Positions 43,140 to 53,099 are shown, counted from the first letter of the stretch. The stretch is DNA of 64,000 bases from an uncultured cyanobacterium (GCA_963710605.1 CAVQBA010000007.1:502416-566415); one strand, 5' to 3'. The notes: a model not told the origin generated them from the sequence alone. Made by a program: numbers and translations.

Positions 43140-44822
43140 ATGCTTTATTTTTTAGTTATTTGGTTATTATTATTATTAATATGTTGTCCCCTTGGCTTTT
43201 TCGTTATCAATCTTTGTCAAGCAGATAGTATTACTCGTATTGGCGATCGATTTATCCTCTCGATTTGGTTGGGAATTATTATTATTTCCTTATCTAATAT
43301 GGCTGTAGTATTATTAATTCCGTTATCGCCATTAGTAGGATTATTAATCGCTATTTTTTGGCTAACGATCGCATTTTTCGATCGAAAAACTCGCCGAGAT
43401 TTACTTAATTTAAAAAGTTTTCTATCAACAAAAATTATCCTTCAAGGTTTAGCTGTCTCTATTGCCGTAGCCGCTTTCACTAGTCAAGGTATTATTTGGT
43501 TTGATACAGGTTTATATCATTTAAATACAATGCGATGGATGGGTGAATATGGTATCGTCAAAGGGCTTAGTTTGATTCAACCTCATTTAGGTTTTACTTC
43601 TTCTTGGTTTGCTTTTTCCGCTCCTTTAGTCTGGAATTGGCAATCACAAAATATCGGGGCTGTGAGTAATGGTTTTATTTTTTTGATTTTAATTTTTTGG
43701 GGTTTAATTTCTCTTTCTCAGGGGATTAAAAAAACAGGTATTATTGCTGATTTTTTTGCTTTTTGCTTTTCAGGTTCAATTTTTTTATTGTATTTAATTG
43801 ATAATGTTAATGGCTTTACTATTGTTTCTTTTTCTAACGATGTTTTGGTAACTTTTCTTTCGGGAGTTTTGGTTTGGTATTTGCTTATTATTTATCAAAA
43901 TCTTAATGAACAAAATCAAGATTCATTTCGGCAAAAACTGATTATTATTATTTTGGCTTGTGGTGCATGGAGTGTTAAATTAACAGCTATGCCTTTGTTG
44001 TTTTCTATTATCATCTTGTTTGCTTATTTTTACGGGAAAAAACAGATAAATATTTCGCAATTTTTAATCGCTTTAGCACTTACTTTTATTTTAGTATCTC
44101 CTACCTCAGCTTATGCTATTAAAACATCTGGATGTCCTATTTATCCTTCCCAGAGCTTGTGTTTAGATGTAGCTTGGACAAGAAGTAAGGACAGAGTAAA
44201 TGCTCAAATGAATATTGTCTCAGATGTAAAACAAGGTGATAGCGATTGAAAAAAACAAAATATTATTTATAAAGCAATAAAAGTAAGATTAAACAGAATA
44301 AAATCATCTATTAAACATCAACTAACTTATTTAATTTATGCTATTTCTATTCTTTTAGGTATATATATATATATTAAGCCCAAAAATAAATCAGACAAAT
44401 ATATTGTAAGTATTACTTTTTTTTGTCTGACTTTTATTATGCTTTTAAATCCGTTAATTCGTTTTGGACTAGGTTATTTTATGACAATTCCAAGTCTTTT
44501 TTCTGGCTACACTTTTCTAACATTTAAACAAAGGAATAAATATTATAATTATTTTCCTAAAGTTGTTTATGTAGTAACATTAATAATGCTATTTTGGAGA
44601 ACAGGAAATAATATTGACGATCGAGTATTTTTACCAGCTAAGTTGCCTCTAGTAGAGTTAAAATCAGAACAAATAAATAATGTAAACTATTATTATCCCG
44701 ATAATTGGACTTCTCAATGTTGGTCGGCAAAATTACCTTGTAGTAATACACCTATGAAAATTAATATTGAACTAATATCTCCTAAAAAAGGTATTAAAGG
44801 AGGTTTTCAATGGAAAAATTAA
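43140..44822 (+). pseudogene. Polytopic membrane protein (LIC_10190-like, GT-C-like) with one in-frame TGA at 44247-44249
   Basis: FDTGLYH..RW..EYGIVKGL, LGFTSSWF, SVKLT, SGCPIYP. Hand translation shows the same frame stays open from 44250 into the 44439-44822 ORF (PLIRFG, QCWSAKLPC). Confidence 0.75.
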
Positions 44823-44933
44823 ATTTTAGGTAAAAGCAAAAGTTAATTGATAAATTAAATACTATACTATGCTAAATAAAAAGGAATAAAATTATTAATA
44901 GCTGACTTTGTTCTCTATTTTAATTATAATTAA

Positions 44934-45587
44934 TTGACTCAAAATATAAATAAACACAATTCGACGATCGAAGTTGAAAATTTGGGTGTAGTTGATTACA
45001 CCACTACTTGGGAATATCAAAAACAATTAGTTCAAGCTAGATTAGATAATCCGCAATTATCAGATAAATTATTAATAGTTGAGCATCCTGCGGTTTATAC
45101 CCTAGGGACAGGCTCAACTCTTGATAATCTTAAATTCGACCCGAAAACTTTTAAAGGAGAAATACACCGCATCGAACGGGGTGGAGAAGTAACATATCAT
45201 TGTCTGGGGCAAGTTATCGTTTACCCAATTCTTAATTTACATCGTTACCAAACAGATTTACATTGGTATTTAAGACAATTAGAAGAAGTTGTTATTCAGC
45301 TATTAGCAAGTTACGGTATTGTTGGGAGTAGAATTGATGGCTTGACTGGTGTATGGGTAGAAGACAAAAAAATAGCCGCCATCGGCATCAAGGTTAAAAG
45401 ATGGATTACGATGCACGGTTTGGCTTTAAATGTTTGTTGTGATTTGTCTGGGTTTAATCAGATTATTCCTTGTGGAATTAAAGATAAATCAGTAACCAGT
45501 CTCGATCGATATATTACAGGTATTGAGATAGAAACTGTTAAGCAAGATTTAATCGATCGTTTTCTTGAGGTTTTCGAGAATAAATAA
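44934..45587 (+). CDS. lipB: Lipoyl(octanoyl) transferase
   Basis: EHPAVYTLG, ERGGEVTYH, TGVWV..KKIAAIG, ITMHGLALN, IIPCG. Confidence 0.97.
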   Translation: MTQNINKHNSTIEVENLGVVDYTTTWEYQKQLVQARLDNPQLSDKLLIVEHPAVYTLGTGSTLDNLKFDPKTFKGEIHRIERGGEVTYHCLGQVIVYPILNLHRYQTDLHWYLRQLEEVVIQLLASYGIVGSRIDGLTGVWVEDKKIAAIGIKVKRWITMHGLALNVCCDLSGFNQIIPCGIKDKSVTSLDRYITGIEIETVKQDLIDRFLEVFENK

Positions 45588-45616
45588 TTGATGATTAAAA
45601 GCACTACTAACTATTA

Positions 45617-45638
45617 AGGTGGGCATTGCCCACCCTAC
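45617..45638 (-). repeat. GTAG REP between convergent lipB and recA
   Basis: AGGTGGGCATTGCCCACCCTAC is the reverse complement of the copy at 3593. Confidence 0.8.
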
Positions 45639-45646
45639 TTCTTTAA

Positions 45647-46747
45647 TTAATCATCATTGTAATTTTCATCTGCATCATCATCATGATCATTATCATGATC
45701 AGAATTAGTCTTAGCATCATCAGAATTTCCTTGCCCGTTATTGATTGCTAATTCAGCTTTGACTTTGTCTTCAATTACTTGAGCAAACTCAGCGTTTTCC
45801 TCTAAATATTTAATTGCATTATCTCTACCTTGAGCAATGTTATCGCCTTCATAGCTATACCATGCACCTTTACGTTTAATAATGTCAGTTTTTTCGGCTA
45901 AATCGATAATACAACCAACACTAGAAATACCTGTACCAAAAATAATATCGAATTCAGCAATTCTAAACGGAGGTGCAACTTTGTTTTTCGCTACTTTTAC
46001 TTTTGCTCTGATACCATATTCTCCTTCAGTACCTTTTTTTAAGGTTTGGATACGACGAATATCTAAACGTACAGAAGCATAAAATTTTAAAGCTGTACCA
46101 CCTGTTGTTACTTCAGGACTACCATAACTAATCCCAATTTTTTGTCTTAATTGGTTAAGGAAGATAACCGTCGCTCCTGATTTACCGATATTACCGGCAA
46201 TTTTACGTAAGGCTTTACTCATTAAACGAGCTTGCAAACCTACTTGCATATCCCCCATTTCTCCTTCTATCTCTGCACGAGGCACAAGGGCGGCAACTGA
46301 ATCCACTACGACGATATCAACTGCGGCACTACGTACTAGTTGATCGACAATTTCTAAGGCTGATTCACCATTGTCTGGCTGGGCGATTAATAAGTTATCT
46401 ATATCGACTCCTAATGCTTTAGAATAGGTAGGATCGAGGGCGTGTTCGGCATCGACAAATGCGGCTACTCCACCTACTTTTTGAACTTCAGCGATCGCAT
46501 GAAGTGCTAATGTAGTTTTACCCGAACTTTCAGGACCATAAATTTCAATGACACGACCTTTAGGAAGTCCTCCACCAAGAGCTAAATCTAAAGTTAAAGC
46601 ACCACTAGAAATGGTCTCGATTCTCATTTTTGTGGCATCACCAAGACGCATAATTGAACCTTTCCCGAAGTTACGTTCAATTTGGTTTAAAACTAGATTT
46701 AACGCCTTTTCTTTGTCTGGGTTTTGAGCCATTGTAGTTGTCGCCAT
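45647..46747 (-). CDS. recA: Recombinase RecA
   Basis: [46 protein letters not shown]. Confidence 0.99.
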   Translation of the reverse strand: MATTTMAQNPDKEKALNLVLNQIERNFGKGSIMRLGDATKMRIETISSGALTLDLALGGGLPKGRVIEIYGPESSGKTTLALHAIAEVQKVGGVAAFVDAEHALDPTYSKALGVDIDNLLIAQPDNGESALEIVDQLVRSAAVDIVVVDSVAALVPRAEIEGEMGDMQVGLQARLMSKALRKIAGNIGKSGATVIFLNQLRQKIGISYGSPEVTTGGTALKFYASVRLDIRRIQTLKKGTEGEYGIRAKVKVAKNKVAPPFRIAEFDIIFGTGISSVGCIIDLAEKTDIIKRKGAWYSYEGDNIAQGRDNAIKYLEENAEFAQVIEDKVKAELAINNGQGNSDDAKTNSDHDNDHDDDADENYNDD

Positions 46748-46816
46748 AATACCGATCTTATTTTAAAGTTCTCTATTCTATTTTAATCTAATTCTCTAAT
46801 TTACTAAAGACCTTTT

Positions 46817-46832
46817 TAGTACACGAGTATTA
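46817..46832 (-). promoter_or_regulatory. Cyanobacterial LexA box upstream of recA
   Basis: TAGTACACGAGTATTA is one mismatch from RGTAC-N3-DGTWCB and lies 70 nt upstream of the recA start. Confidence 0.7.
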
Positions 46833-46896
46833 ATATATTAACGCATTTAAATGGAAATGAGACAAGTTAGTCAAAAAAAGTTACAAAGGGAAATTA

Positions 46897-46948
46897 ACTC
46901 CTTACTCCTTACTTCTTACTTCTTACTCCTTACTTCTTACTCCTTACT
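46897..46948. repeat. Heptamer tandem repeat (ACTYCTT)n, about 7 units
   Basis: actccttactccttacttcttacttcttactccttacttcttactccttact. Confidence 0.85.
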
Positions 46949-46953
46949 TGATG

Positions 46954-47589
46954 TTAAGTATTGAAAGATAAAAATTCGATCGCACTTCTAATCCATTCTT
47001 CAACGTTCGGATTTTTTAGCAGTAAATCATCTTGACTAATCACTGCAACTGCTTGTTGAATTTCACTATCACTATAACCGAGGGCAAGTAAAGTCATGTC
47101 TAAATCAGCCATGATGTCTTTATTTGGTAATCCTTTGCTTTGGGGTAAATCAATACCGATACTAGTACGCCATTTAGATAATTTGGTTTTTAATTCTAAG
47201 GCAATTCTTTCGGCGGTTTTTGCCCCAATACCGGGGGCTTTAGATAATAAACGGATATTACCCGTAACGATCGCACTTACTAATTCTTCTATGCCTAAAG
47301 TATCGACTAAAGCGATCGCACTTTGTGAGCCAACACCAGAAACAGTAATCAATCTTCTAAATAAATCTCTTTCAGCAGTTGAGGAAAAACCATACAATAT
47401 TTGTTTATCATCTCTAACTTGAAAATCGGTAAAAATTTTAACTTGTATCTCTTCATTTATAGTTAAATCCTTTGCTAATCGACCAGGAATTTGTACTTCA
47501 TAACCAATATTATTAACTTCTAAAATAACTAGATTGCGGTTATTTTGACTAACTAAGTTAATGACAATACCTTTTAAATAATTAATCAT
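46954..47589 (-). CDS. ruvA: Holliday junction branch migration protein RuvA
   Basis: MINYLKG..LEVNNIGYEV, LYGF...ERDLFRRLITVSGVG, PGIGAKTAERIALELK, LALGY. Confidence 0.97.
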   Translation of the reverse strand: MINYLKGIVINLVSQNNRNLVILEVNNIGYEVQIPGRLAKDLTINEEIQVKIFTDFQVRDDKQILYGFSSTAERDLFRRLITVSGVGSQSAIALVDTLGIEELVSAIVTGNIRLLSKAPGIGAKTAERIALELKTKLSKWRTSIGIDLPQSKGLPNKDIMADLDMTLLALGYSDSEIQQAVAVISQDDLLLKNPNVEEWIRSAIEFLSFNT

Positions 47590-47675
47590 AAAAAATAGCT
47601 TAAATAAAAATAGACGTTGCATCGCAACGCCTTAGGGAAACTTTCCAACAAATAATTAAACTTGTGAATCTATTT

Positions 47676-47999
47676 TTAAGAAGCTAAAGCAACTTCAATC
47701 ATCTGTTGTAACTCACCAGACTGGTACATTTCAATTAAAATATCGCTACCACCAACAAACTCACCATTTACATAAACTTGAGGAATAGTTGGCCAGTTAG
47801 AATATTCTTTGATACCTTGACGAACATCTGGATCTGATAGTACATCAAAACCTGTAAAAGGAACACCAAATGAATTTATAATTTGTACCACGTTGTTAGA
47901 AAAACCACATTGAGGCATTAACTTAGTGCCTTTCATAAAAACGACAATACGATCGCTTTTGACAATTTCATCAATACGTTGTTTTACTTCTGGAGTCAT
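47676..47999 (-). CDS. grxD: Monothiol glutaredoxin Grx4
   Basis: [32 protein letters not shown]. Confidence 0.97.
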   Translation of the reverse strand: MTPEVKQRIDEIVKSDRIVVFMKGTKLMPQCGFSNNVVQIINSFGVPFTGFDVLSDPDVRQGIKEYSNWPTIPQVYVNGEFVGGSDILIEMYQSGELQQMIEVALAS

Positions 48000-48106
48000 A
48001 ATCTATATTTACTTCTATTTTATGATAATTATTTACTTACTAGTTTAGCGAGGACATGAAAAAAAGGACACTTGTGCAAAGGGCAAGAGTAAGTTGATAG
48101 TTGATA

Positions 48107-48209
48107 GCGGTGGAATCCCGCTCAGGAGCGTAAGACGCAAGCGGTCAGAACCCGCGACGACGGCAAGTCGCAAGGGAAGGCTGACCAAGACGGGAACGTC
48201 CACCAAGAC
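48107..48209 (+). mobile_element. Nested pair of mini-elements (outer 48107-48140+48192-48209; inner 48141-48191) inside a (GTTGATA)n repeat
   Basis: Removing the 51-nt inner copy leaves a 52-nt element colinear with 32581-32632. Removing that restores the heptamer tandem repeat exactly. Confidence 0.88.
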
Positions 48210-48348
48210 GTTGATAGTTGATAGTTGATAATGGCTTTGTTGACAATTAACAATATTTCTTACTCATTACTCATTACTCATTACTTGTTACTCGTTACTC
48301 ATTCCCTAACACCTAACTAATACCTTAAGAGTTTAAACCCTTAGTTTG

Positions 48349-48603
48349 TTAATTGTTTTGTTTTGACCATGTTGTAGGAGTAAATGTCTTTAAAGCTAAA
48401 GCGTGAATTGCTTCAGAATTAAATTCGCTTTGTAATGCACCATAGACTAACTGATGTTGTTTGACCTTGTTTTTACCTTCAAATTCAGCGGAGACAACGA
48501 TCGCCTCTAAATGGTCGCCTCCTCCTGTCAAATCGGTTACAACTACCTGTGCATCAGGGATTTGACTTTGAATAGTTTCTTTGACTTTTTCTAAACTTAC
48601 CAT
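48349..48603 (-). CDS. bolA: BolA family protein
   Basis: [41 protein letters not shown]. Adjacent to grxD. Probable start at 48603. Confidence 0.95.
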   Translation of the reverse strand: MVSLEKVKETIQSQIPDAQVVVTDLTGGGDHLEAIVVSAEFEGKNKVKQHQLVYGALQSEFNSEAIHALALKTFTPTTWSKQNN

Positions 48604-48943
48604 AATAATTTGACTGAGTGTATATATTGCAAAAGTTAATTTAATCATATCCGATCTTTCAAAACAAGCGATCGAAATTAAGCAAAAAAAAAGAATAGTG
48701 AAATAAATGTGAGTAAGGAGTAAGTTTTTTGAATGGAAAATGACTGTAAGTTATGAATAGTTAATTATTATCTTATTTAGTATTATTTAAATCTAATATT
48801 ATCTCAAGACTGACCATAAAAAAATCCCCTATTGAGGGGAATAAAAGTTAATTATTCGTCATAACTTTTTAGTTTTTTCTAATTATATTTTGATTATGTT
48901 TTAATGAGAAAACGATCGATAATCTCTTAGAAATACTTTACTA

Positions 48944-49672
48944 CTAGTCACGACTATTGATCGCAATTAATAGTCTTAAGATAAAGACAAATAGATTGAT
49001 GTAAGTCAAATACATTGAAAGTGAAGCACTTAAATATTGTTCGTCACGATAAGCACGAGGTAGAATATAAAAATCGACTACCGATGCACCTGCAAACAAT
49101 AACACTCCAATTCCAGAGATACCAATTTCTAACCAACTAGGAGTATAAACACCAAAAAAGCTTAAACCTAATTGGATAACTAAAACCGCTAAAAGTGCGA
49201 ACATACCTAATTGCACGGTTTTAGTTAAGGCTAATCCGTCTTCATCACCTAAATTAGAACCAATATTTCTAGCTAAGACAAAAGTAACACCACAGCCTAA
49301 GGCGGCGATACCGATACCATTCATCCCTACACCTTCTGTACCTAAAGCGACATAAACAATGCCACTGAGGGTATAACCAGAAAGAAGACTATAGACAGCT
49401 AATAGAGGTAACGCTGTGCTGTTATTCGCTTTTTCCGCAATTCCCCTGACGACGAAAAATAGAATTAATTCTAATACCATTGCCCCGATAAAAGTAGGCA
49501 TAAATATGCTGGGGTTGGTTCGTAATACACCTAAACCACCATATACACCGACGGCAGTTAAAACTAAACCACCACCTAAATATGGTAAGGCATTATTAAT
49601 AACGTTAGGACCGAGTAGTGCTTTTCCTTGAGCATCTTTGATTGCTTTACGAAAATTACTGGTTGTTGCCAT
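48944..49672 (-). CDS. Bax inhibitor-1/YccA family membrane protein
   Basis: About 7 TM segments ending in ASLSMYLTYINLFVFILRLL. Confidence 0.9.
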   Translation of the reverse strand: MATTSNFRKAIKDAQGKALLGPNVINNALPYLGGGLVLTAVGVYGGLGVLRTNPSIFMPTFIGAMVLELILFFVVRGIAEKANNSTALPLLAVYSLLSGYTLSGIVYVALGTEGVGMNGIGIAALGCGVTFVLARNIGSNLGDEDGLALTKTVQLGMFALLAVLVIQLGLSFFGVYTPSWLEIGISGIGVLLFAGASVVDFYILPRAYRDEQYLSASLSMYLTYINLFVFILRLLIAINSRD

Positions 49673-49967
49673 AATGCAATTTTCTCCTTATTACTTAATT
49701 TTATTATTTTAATCTTATACTTATCTAATCTAACTCTATTTCAGCTTAATGTTATCTCTATCTATGGAGTGATTTTAGCCATTGACAATGAAAGAGTCAG
49801 ATTTTAGCTTTTAGCTTTTAGCTTTTAACTGTTAATTGTTAATTGTTCATTAATTTGCCTATTTTTATTACATTTTATTGATATGGGGAACAATTTTTCT
49901 AATTTTTAGTTGAATTTTAACTAACATAGATCTAGTAGGACTATCAATATAATCTATTAGGAGAAGT

Positions 49968-50336
49968 TTGGTTATGTTTAAACTAGGTCAAACGATCGCT
50001 ATGTCATGTTTTCTTTCTTTAACTATAGGTAGTCATCATGTATTAGCACAAACTACGGTTGATTCATTTGAACCAGATGTTACGCTTACAGGTGAATCGT
50101 TACAAGGAATAAATAGCGAAAGTATCGAAGATAATTATTACGACAGAGAAGTTACTAATTTAAAAATGACAGTTGAATCGCAGAAAAAATCAGTAACAGG
50201 AAATGAATTATTAGATTCTTTTATTGGGCAACCTCAAACTGAAGAATCGCCAGCTTATACTTTAGAACGAATTAATACTAACACGGGGGATACACCTGAA
50301 TTTTCTGGTGGCACTATTCCAATTACCAGTTTTTGA
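49968..50336 (+). CDS. Hypothetical exported acidic protein
   Basis: Signal-peptide-like N-terminus ending VLAQ, upstream AGGAG, and a 'TLTGESLQGI' motif. Confidence 0.65.
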   Translation: MVMFKLGQTIAMSCFLSLTIGSHHVLAQTTVDSFEPDVTLTGESLQGINSESIEDNYYDREVTNLKMTVESQKKSVTGNELLDSFIGQPQTEESPAYTLERINTNTGDTPEFSGGTIPITSF

Positions 50337-50357
50337 GCTTCAACACTCAAAGCGATC

Positions 50358-50401
50358 AAAAAAGGGTAGGTTGAAAATAAAAAATCAACTTACCCTTTTT
50401 T
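50358..50401. terminator. Bidirectional intrinsic terminator
   Basis: AAAAAAGGGTAGGTTGA...TCAACTTACCCTTTTTT between convergent genes. Confidence 0.8.
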
Positions 50402-50503
50402 ACATGATTAAAACAGTTTTACTTTGCTAAGTATTATCGCTAAAGATATAATTAAATAAACTTTTTAACAATTATCAATTGTCAATTGTCAATTGTCCAT
50501 TAT

Positions 50504-51727
50504 CTAAGGTGCGAGTGCATTTCCTCTTAATAAACTACCGATCGTTTTAGCGGTAATTTTCATTTGTACTAAAGGATTAGCAGGTACGACAGTTTTATAT
50601 AGATAACTATCAAAAGTCATTTTTTGGACATCAATATCGCTACACATTTCGACAAATGCTTCACGGGTTGCATCACTACGATAGAAGACTCTTTGTAAAA
50701 TATCTAAAACTAAATAAGTTGTACCGTATTGCTTATCCCAACTTTTGAGGTAGGTTTTGAGATCAGCTTCAGTCGGAACTTTTTGTCCGTTATTACTAGT
50801 TTCGACGATCGTTTCTGCACACATTCTAGCTGATTTAGCGGCGAAATAGATACCTTCACCTGAAGATTTAGTAACTGTACCTGCGGCATCTCCAACTAAG
50901 GCTACACGACCAACTACACGACGTGGACGTGGATGTTCAGGAATAGGATGAGCTTCTACTTTGATAATTTCGCCACCTTCTAAACGTTTAGCGGCACGTT
51001 TACGAATACCTGCTTGTAAGTCTTTAATTTTGGCTTTATTGACTTTCATTGTACCAGTACCAACTGCTACGTGGTCGTATTTAGGGAATACCCAAGCATA
51101 GAAGTCTGGAGATACATCATCACCAACATACATTTCAGCTAACTCTTCGTAGTAAGCCATTTTGTCTTCTGGTAATCTAATTCTTTCTTGGAAAGCGATC
51201 GCATAATTATAATCACCTGCATCGATCGCTTTAGCAACACGAGAGTTTGCACCATCAGCACCAATTACTAAATCGACTTTAAGAGTTTTCATTTCTCCTT
51301 TACTACTACCGTTAGAGTGATCGGCATAATGAAGAGTATAAGGTTGTGTATCGCTACTAGGTATATCTAATTGATACATAGTACCGTTGATTACATTCGC
51401 ACCTAATTTTTCTGCACGCTCACGTAAAAAGCCATCTAAGACTTCACGACGACACATACCGATGTATTCATCATCATTAAGAGTTTGACCAATGTTGACT
51501 TCAATATTAGAAGGAGAAATCATTTTCATTTTACGTACCCGACGATCGATAATCTCAGGAGGTAAATCGAATTCATCAACCATACATAAAGGAATTGCAC
51601 CACCACAAGGCTTAGCATTATCTAATTTTCTTTCAAATAAATAAGTCTCAATTCCTGCTTTAGCTAAAACTTCTGCCGCTGAAGAACCAGCTGGTCCTCC
51701 TCCTACTACTGCTACCCTAATTGTCAC
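50504..51727 (-). CDS. chlP: Geranylgeranyl reductase
   Basis: VAVVGGGPAG, NAKPCGGAIPLCM, IGADGANSRVAK, LVGDAAGTVTKSSGEGIYFA. Confidence 0.98.
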   Translation of the reverse strand: MTIRVAVVGGGPAGSSAAEVLAKAGIETYLFERKLDNAKPCGGAIPLCMVDEFDLPPEIIDRRVRKMKMISPSNIEVNIGQTLNDDEYIGMCRREVLDGFLRERAEKLGANVINGTMYQLDIPSSDTQPYTLHYADHSNGSSKGEMKTLKVDLVIGADGANSRVAKAIDAGDYNYAIAFQERIRLPEDKMAYYEELAEMYVGDDVSPDFYAWVFPKYDHVAVGTGTMKVNKAKIKDLQAGIRKRAAKRLEGGEIIKVEAHPIPEHPRPRRVVGRVALVGDAAGTVTKSSGEGIYFAAKSARMCAETIVETSNNGQKVPTEADLKTYLKSWDKQYGTTYLVLDILQRVFYRSDATREAFVEMCSDIDVQKMTFDSYLYKTVVPANPLVQMKITAKTIGSLLRGNALAP

Positions 51728-51969
51728 TATGATATTCTCCTGATAAAAATTTATTTACTGGTATTTGATATAAATGGCACTGTATAGCAATGTAAGCCAT
51801 AAACTAGATTTTCGGACAAAGTATCGCTTTTTTGCAACACTCTTTAACAAACCTTCGTAACAGTTGTTTACATTTACTATTAGCTTTTAGCTTTTTTACT
51901 TTATTTAGTCTTGCCTCTAAATCTGGTATTTTAATACTAGTTATTCTTGATAATGATAGCGACAAGAGA

Positions 51970-52100
51970 TATAGTAATTTCAATTAATATTGAGACAGCA
52001 TTAATCAGATCTAAAACTTAAGTTTTTATCCCGCCTTGCAATAAATAACAAGGCTAATAGATACCGTTTAATAAATTAAACTATAATTTTAACTTCAAAC
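51970..52100. mobile_element. Truncated, diverged copy of the 41961 MITE
   Basis: Shares TATAGT.ATTTCAATTAA.ATT.AGACAG, CCCGCCTTG..CAAGGCTAATA and CGTTTAATAAATTAAACT in the same order. The right TIR is not evident. Confidence 0.75.
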
Positions 52101-52202
52101 CAGACATAAAAAAATTGCACCACCCTTCAACAAACCTTCCTTCTTGACAGTTGTTAGAATTTACTATTAACTTTTAACTCTTAGTGACGATTATTTAATT
52201 AT

Positions 52203-52874
52203 TTAATTACAGTTACGCTTTTTTTTGAAAATAGCCCCTGCACCTAAAGCTGTTATCGAACCGAGAATAGTTAATGGTTCGGGTACGACTTGAGTATTAG
52301 TAGTCGTGGTTATATCTAAAGCAAATTCGTTAGTTCTATTATCACCTGTGTCATCGCAAAACTGACCGTTACTACAGCCAGGAAAAAAACCCTCATTAGT
52401 GAATGTTGGCTCGCCTTGGTAAGTAAAAGAAGGAGAGCCAAAAAAGGACTCAAAAAAGTTATCGAATTGACTAACAACCACTGTGTAATCACCTGGAGTT
52501 AAACCATCAAATTGTAAAAAAGCATCGAAGGCTTCACCTGTATTCGGATCGATGTTTCCCATACCGTCATCGCTATCAGCAAGAAAATTACCATTACTAT
52601 CAAAAAGAGTCAGAATTGGATCGAAACCACCAGGTAAGACTACATTACCATCAGCTTGAGTTCCACCACCATAGCTAAAAGTTTGGGCTGTTATGTTTGT
52701 CAATGAGTTAGTCAAAGTAAGATCGAAAGAAGCCAAACTATCATCAGCAGAAAATGTACCTGTAAAAGACATCGTAGCCGCTTGAGCTGAATTACTGATT
52801 TCTAAAGTTAAAATTGTAGCTGTGATGCTAAGACTGGCTAAGCCAACTTTTTTTAATAATTGAGATTTTGTCAT
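52203..52874 (-). CDS. PEP-CTERM sorting domain protein (DVUA0089-like domain)
   Basis: Signal peptide ..SAQAA, GFDPILTLFDSNG..LADSDD, and C-terminal VPEPLTILGSITALGAGAIFKKKR. Confidence 0.92.
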   Translation of the reverse strand: MTKSQLLKKVGLASLSITATILTLEISNSAQAATMSFTGTFSADDSLASFDLTLTNSLTNITAQTFSYGGGTQADGNVVLPGGFDPILTLFDSNGNFLADSDDGMGNIDPNTGEAFDAFLQFDGLTPGDYTVVVSQFDNFFESFFGSPSFTYQGEPTFTNEGFFPGCSNGQFCDDTGDNRTNEFALDITTTTNTQVVPEPLTILGSITALGAGAIFKKKRNCN

Positions 52875-53099
52875 TTTTTTACAGTTTTAAAACAAGAATT
52901 ATTTTACATTTTAATTATTTACTTATTTATAACATGAAAATGTTTAGTTAATAAGTTTATATTGAGCTATTTTGTCTATTTTTTTGTTCTATTTACTCAT
53001 AGTAAAAAATGAAATATTTAATAAATTATAGATTCCCCTAACCTTTTTAATAAGGGGGAATCAATCTAAACAAAATATATTAATTAAGTTATTTTATAC

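Noticed and set aside
44247-44249. Selenocysteine or recoded TGA
   Set aside because: No SECIS-like hairpin after the codon (A-rich), not a redox-motif position, and TGA acts as a stop elsewhere (e.g. yefM).
46897-48310. CRISPR array
   Set aside because: The repeats are contiguous heptamers without unique spacers. No cas genes or regularly spaced 25-40-nt repeats were seen in the window.
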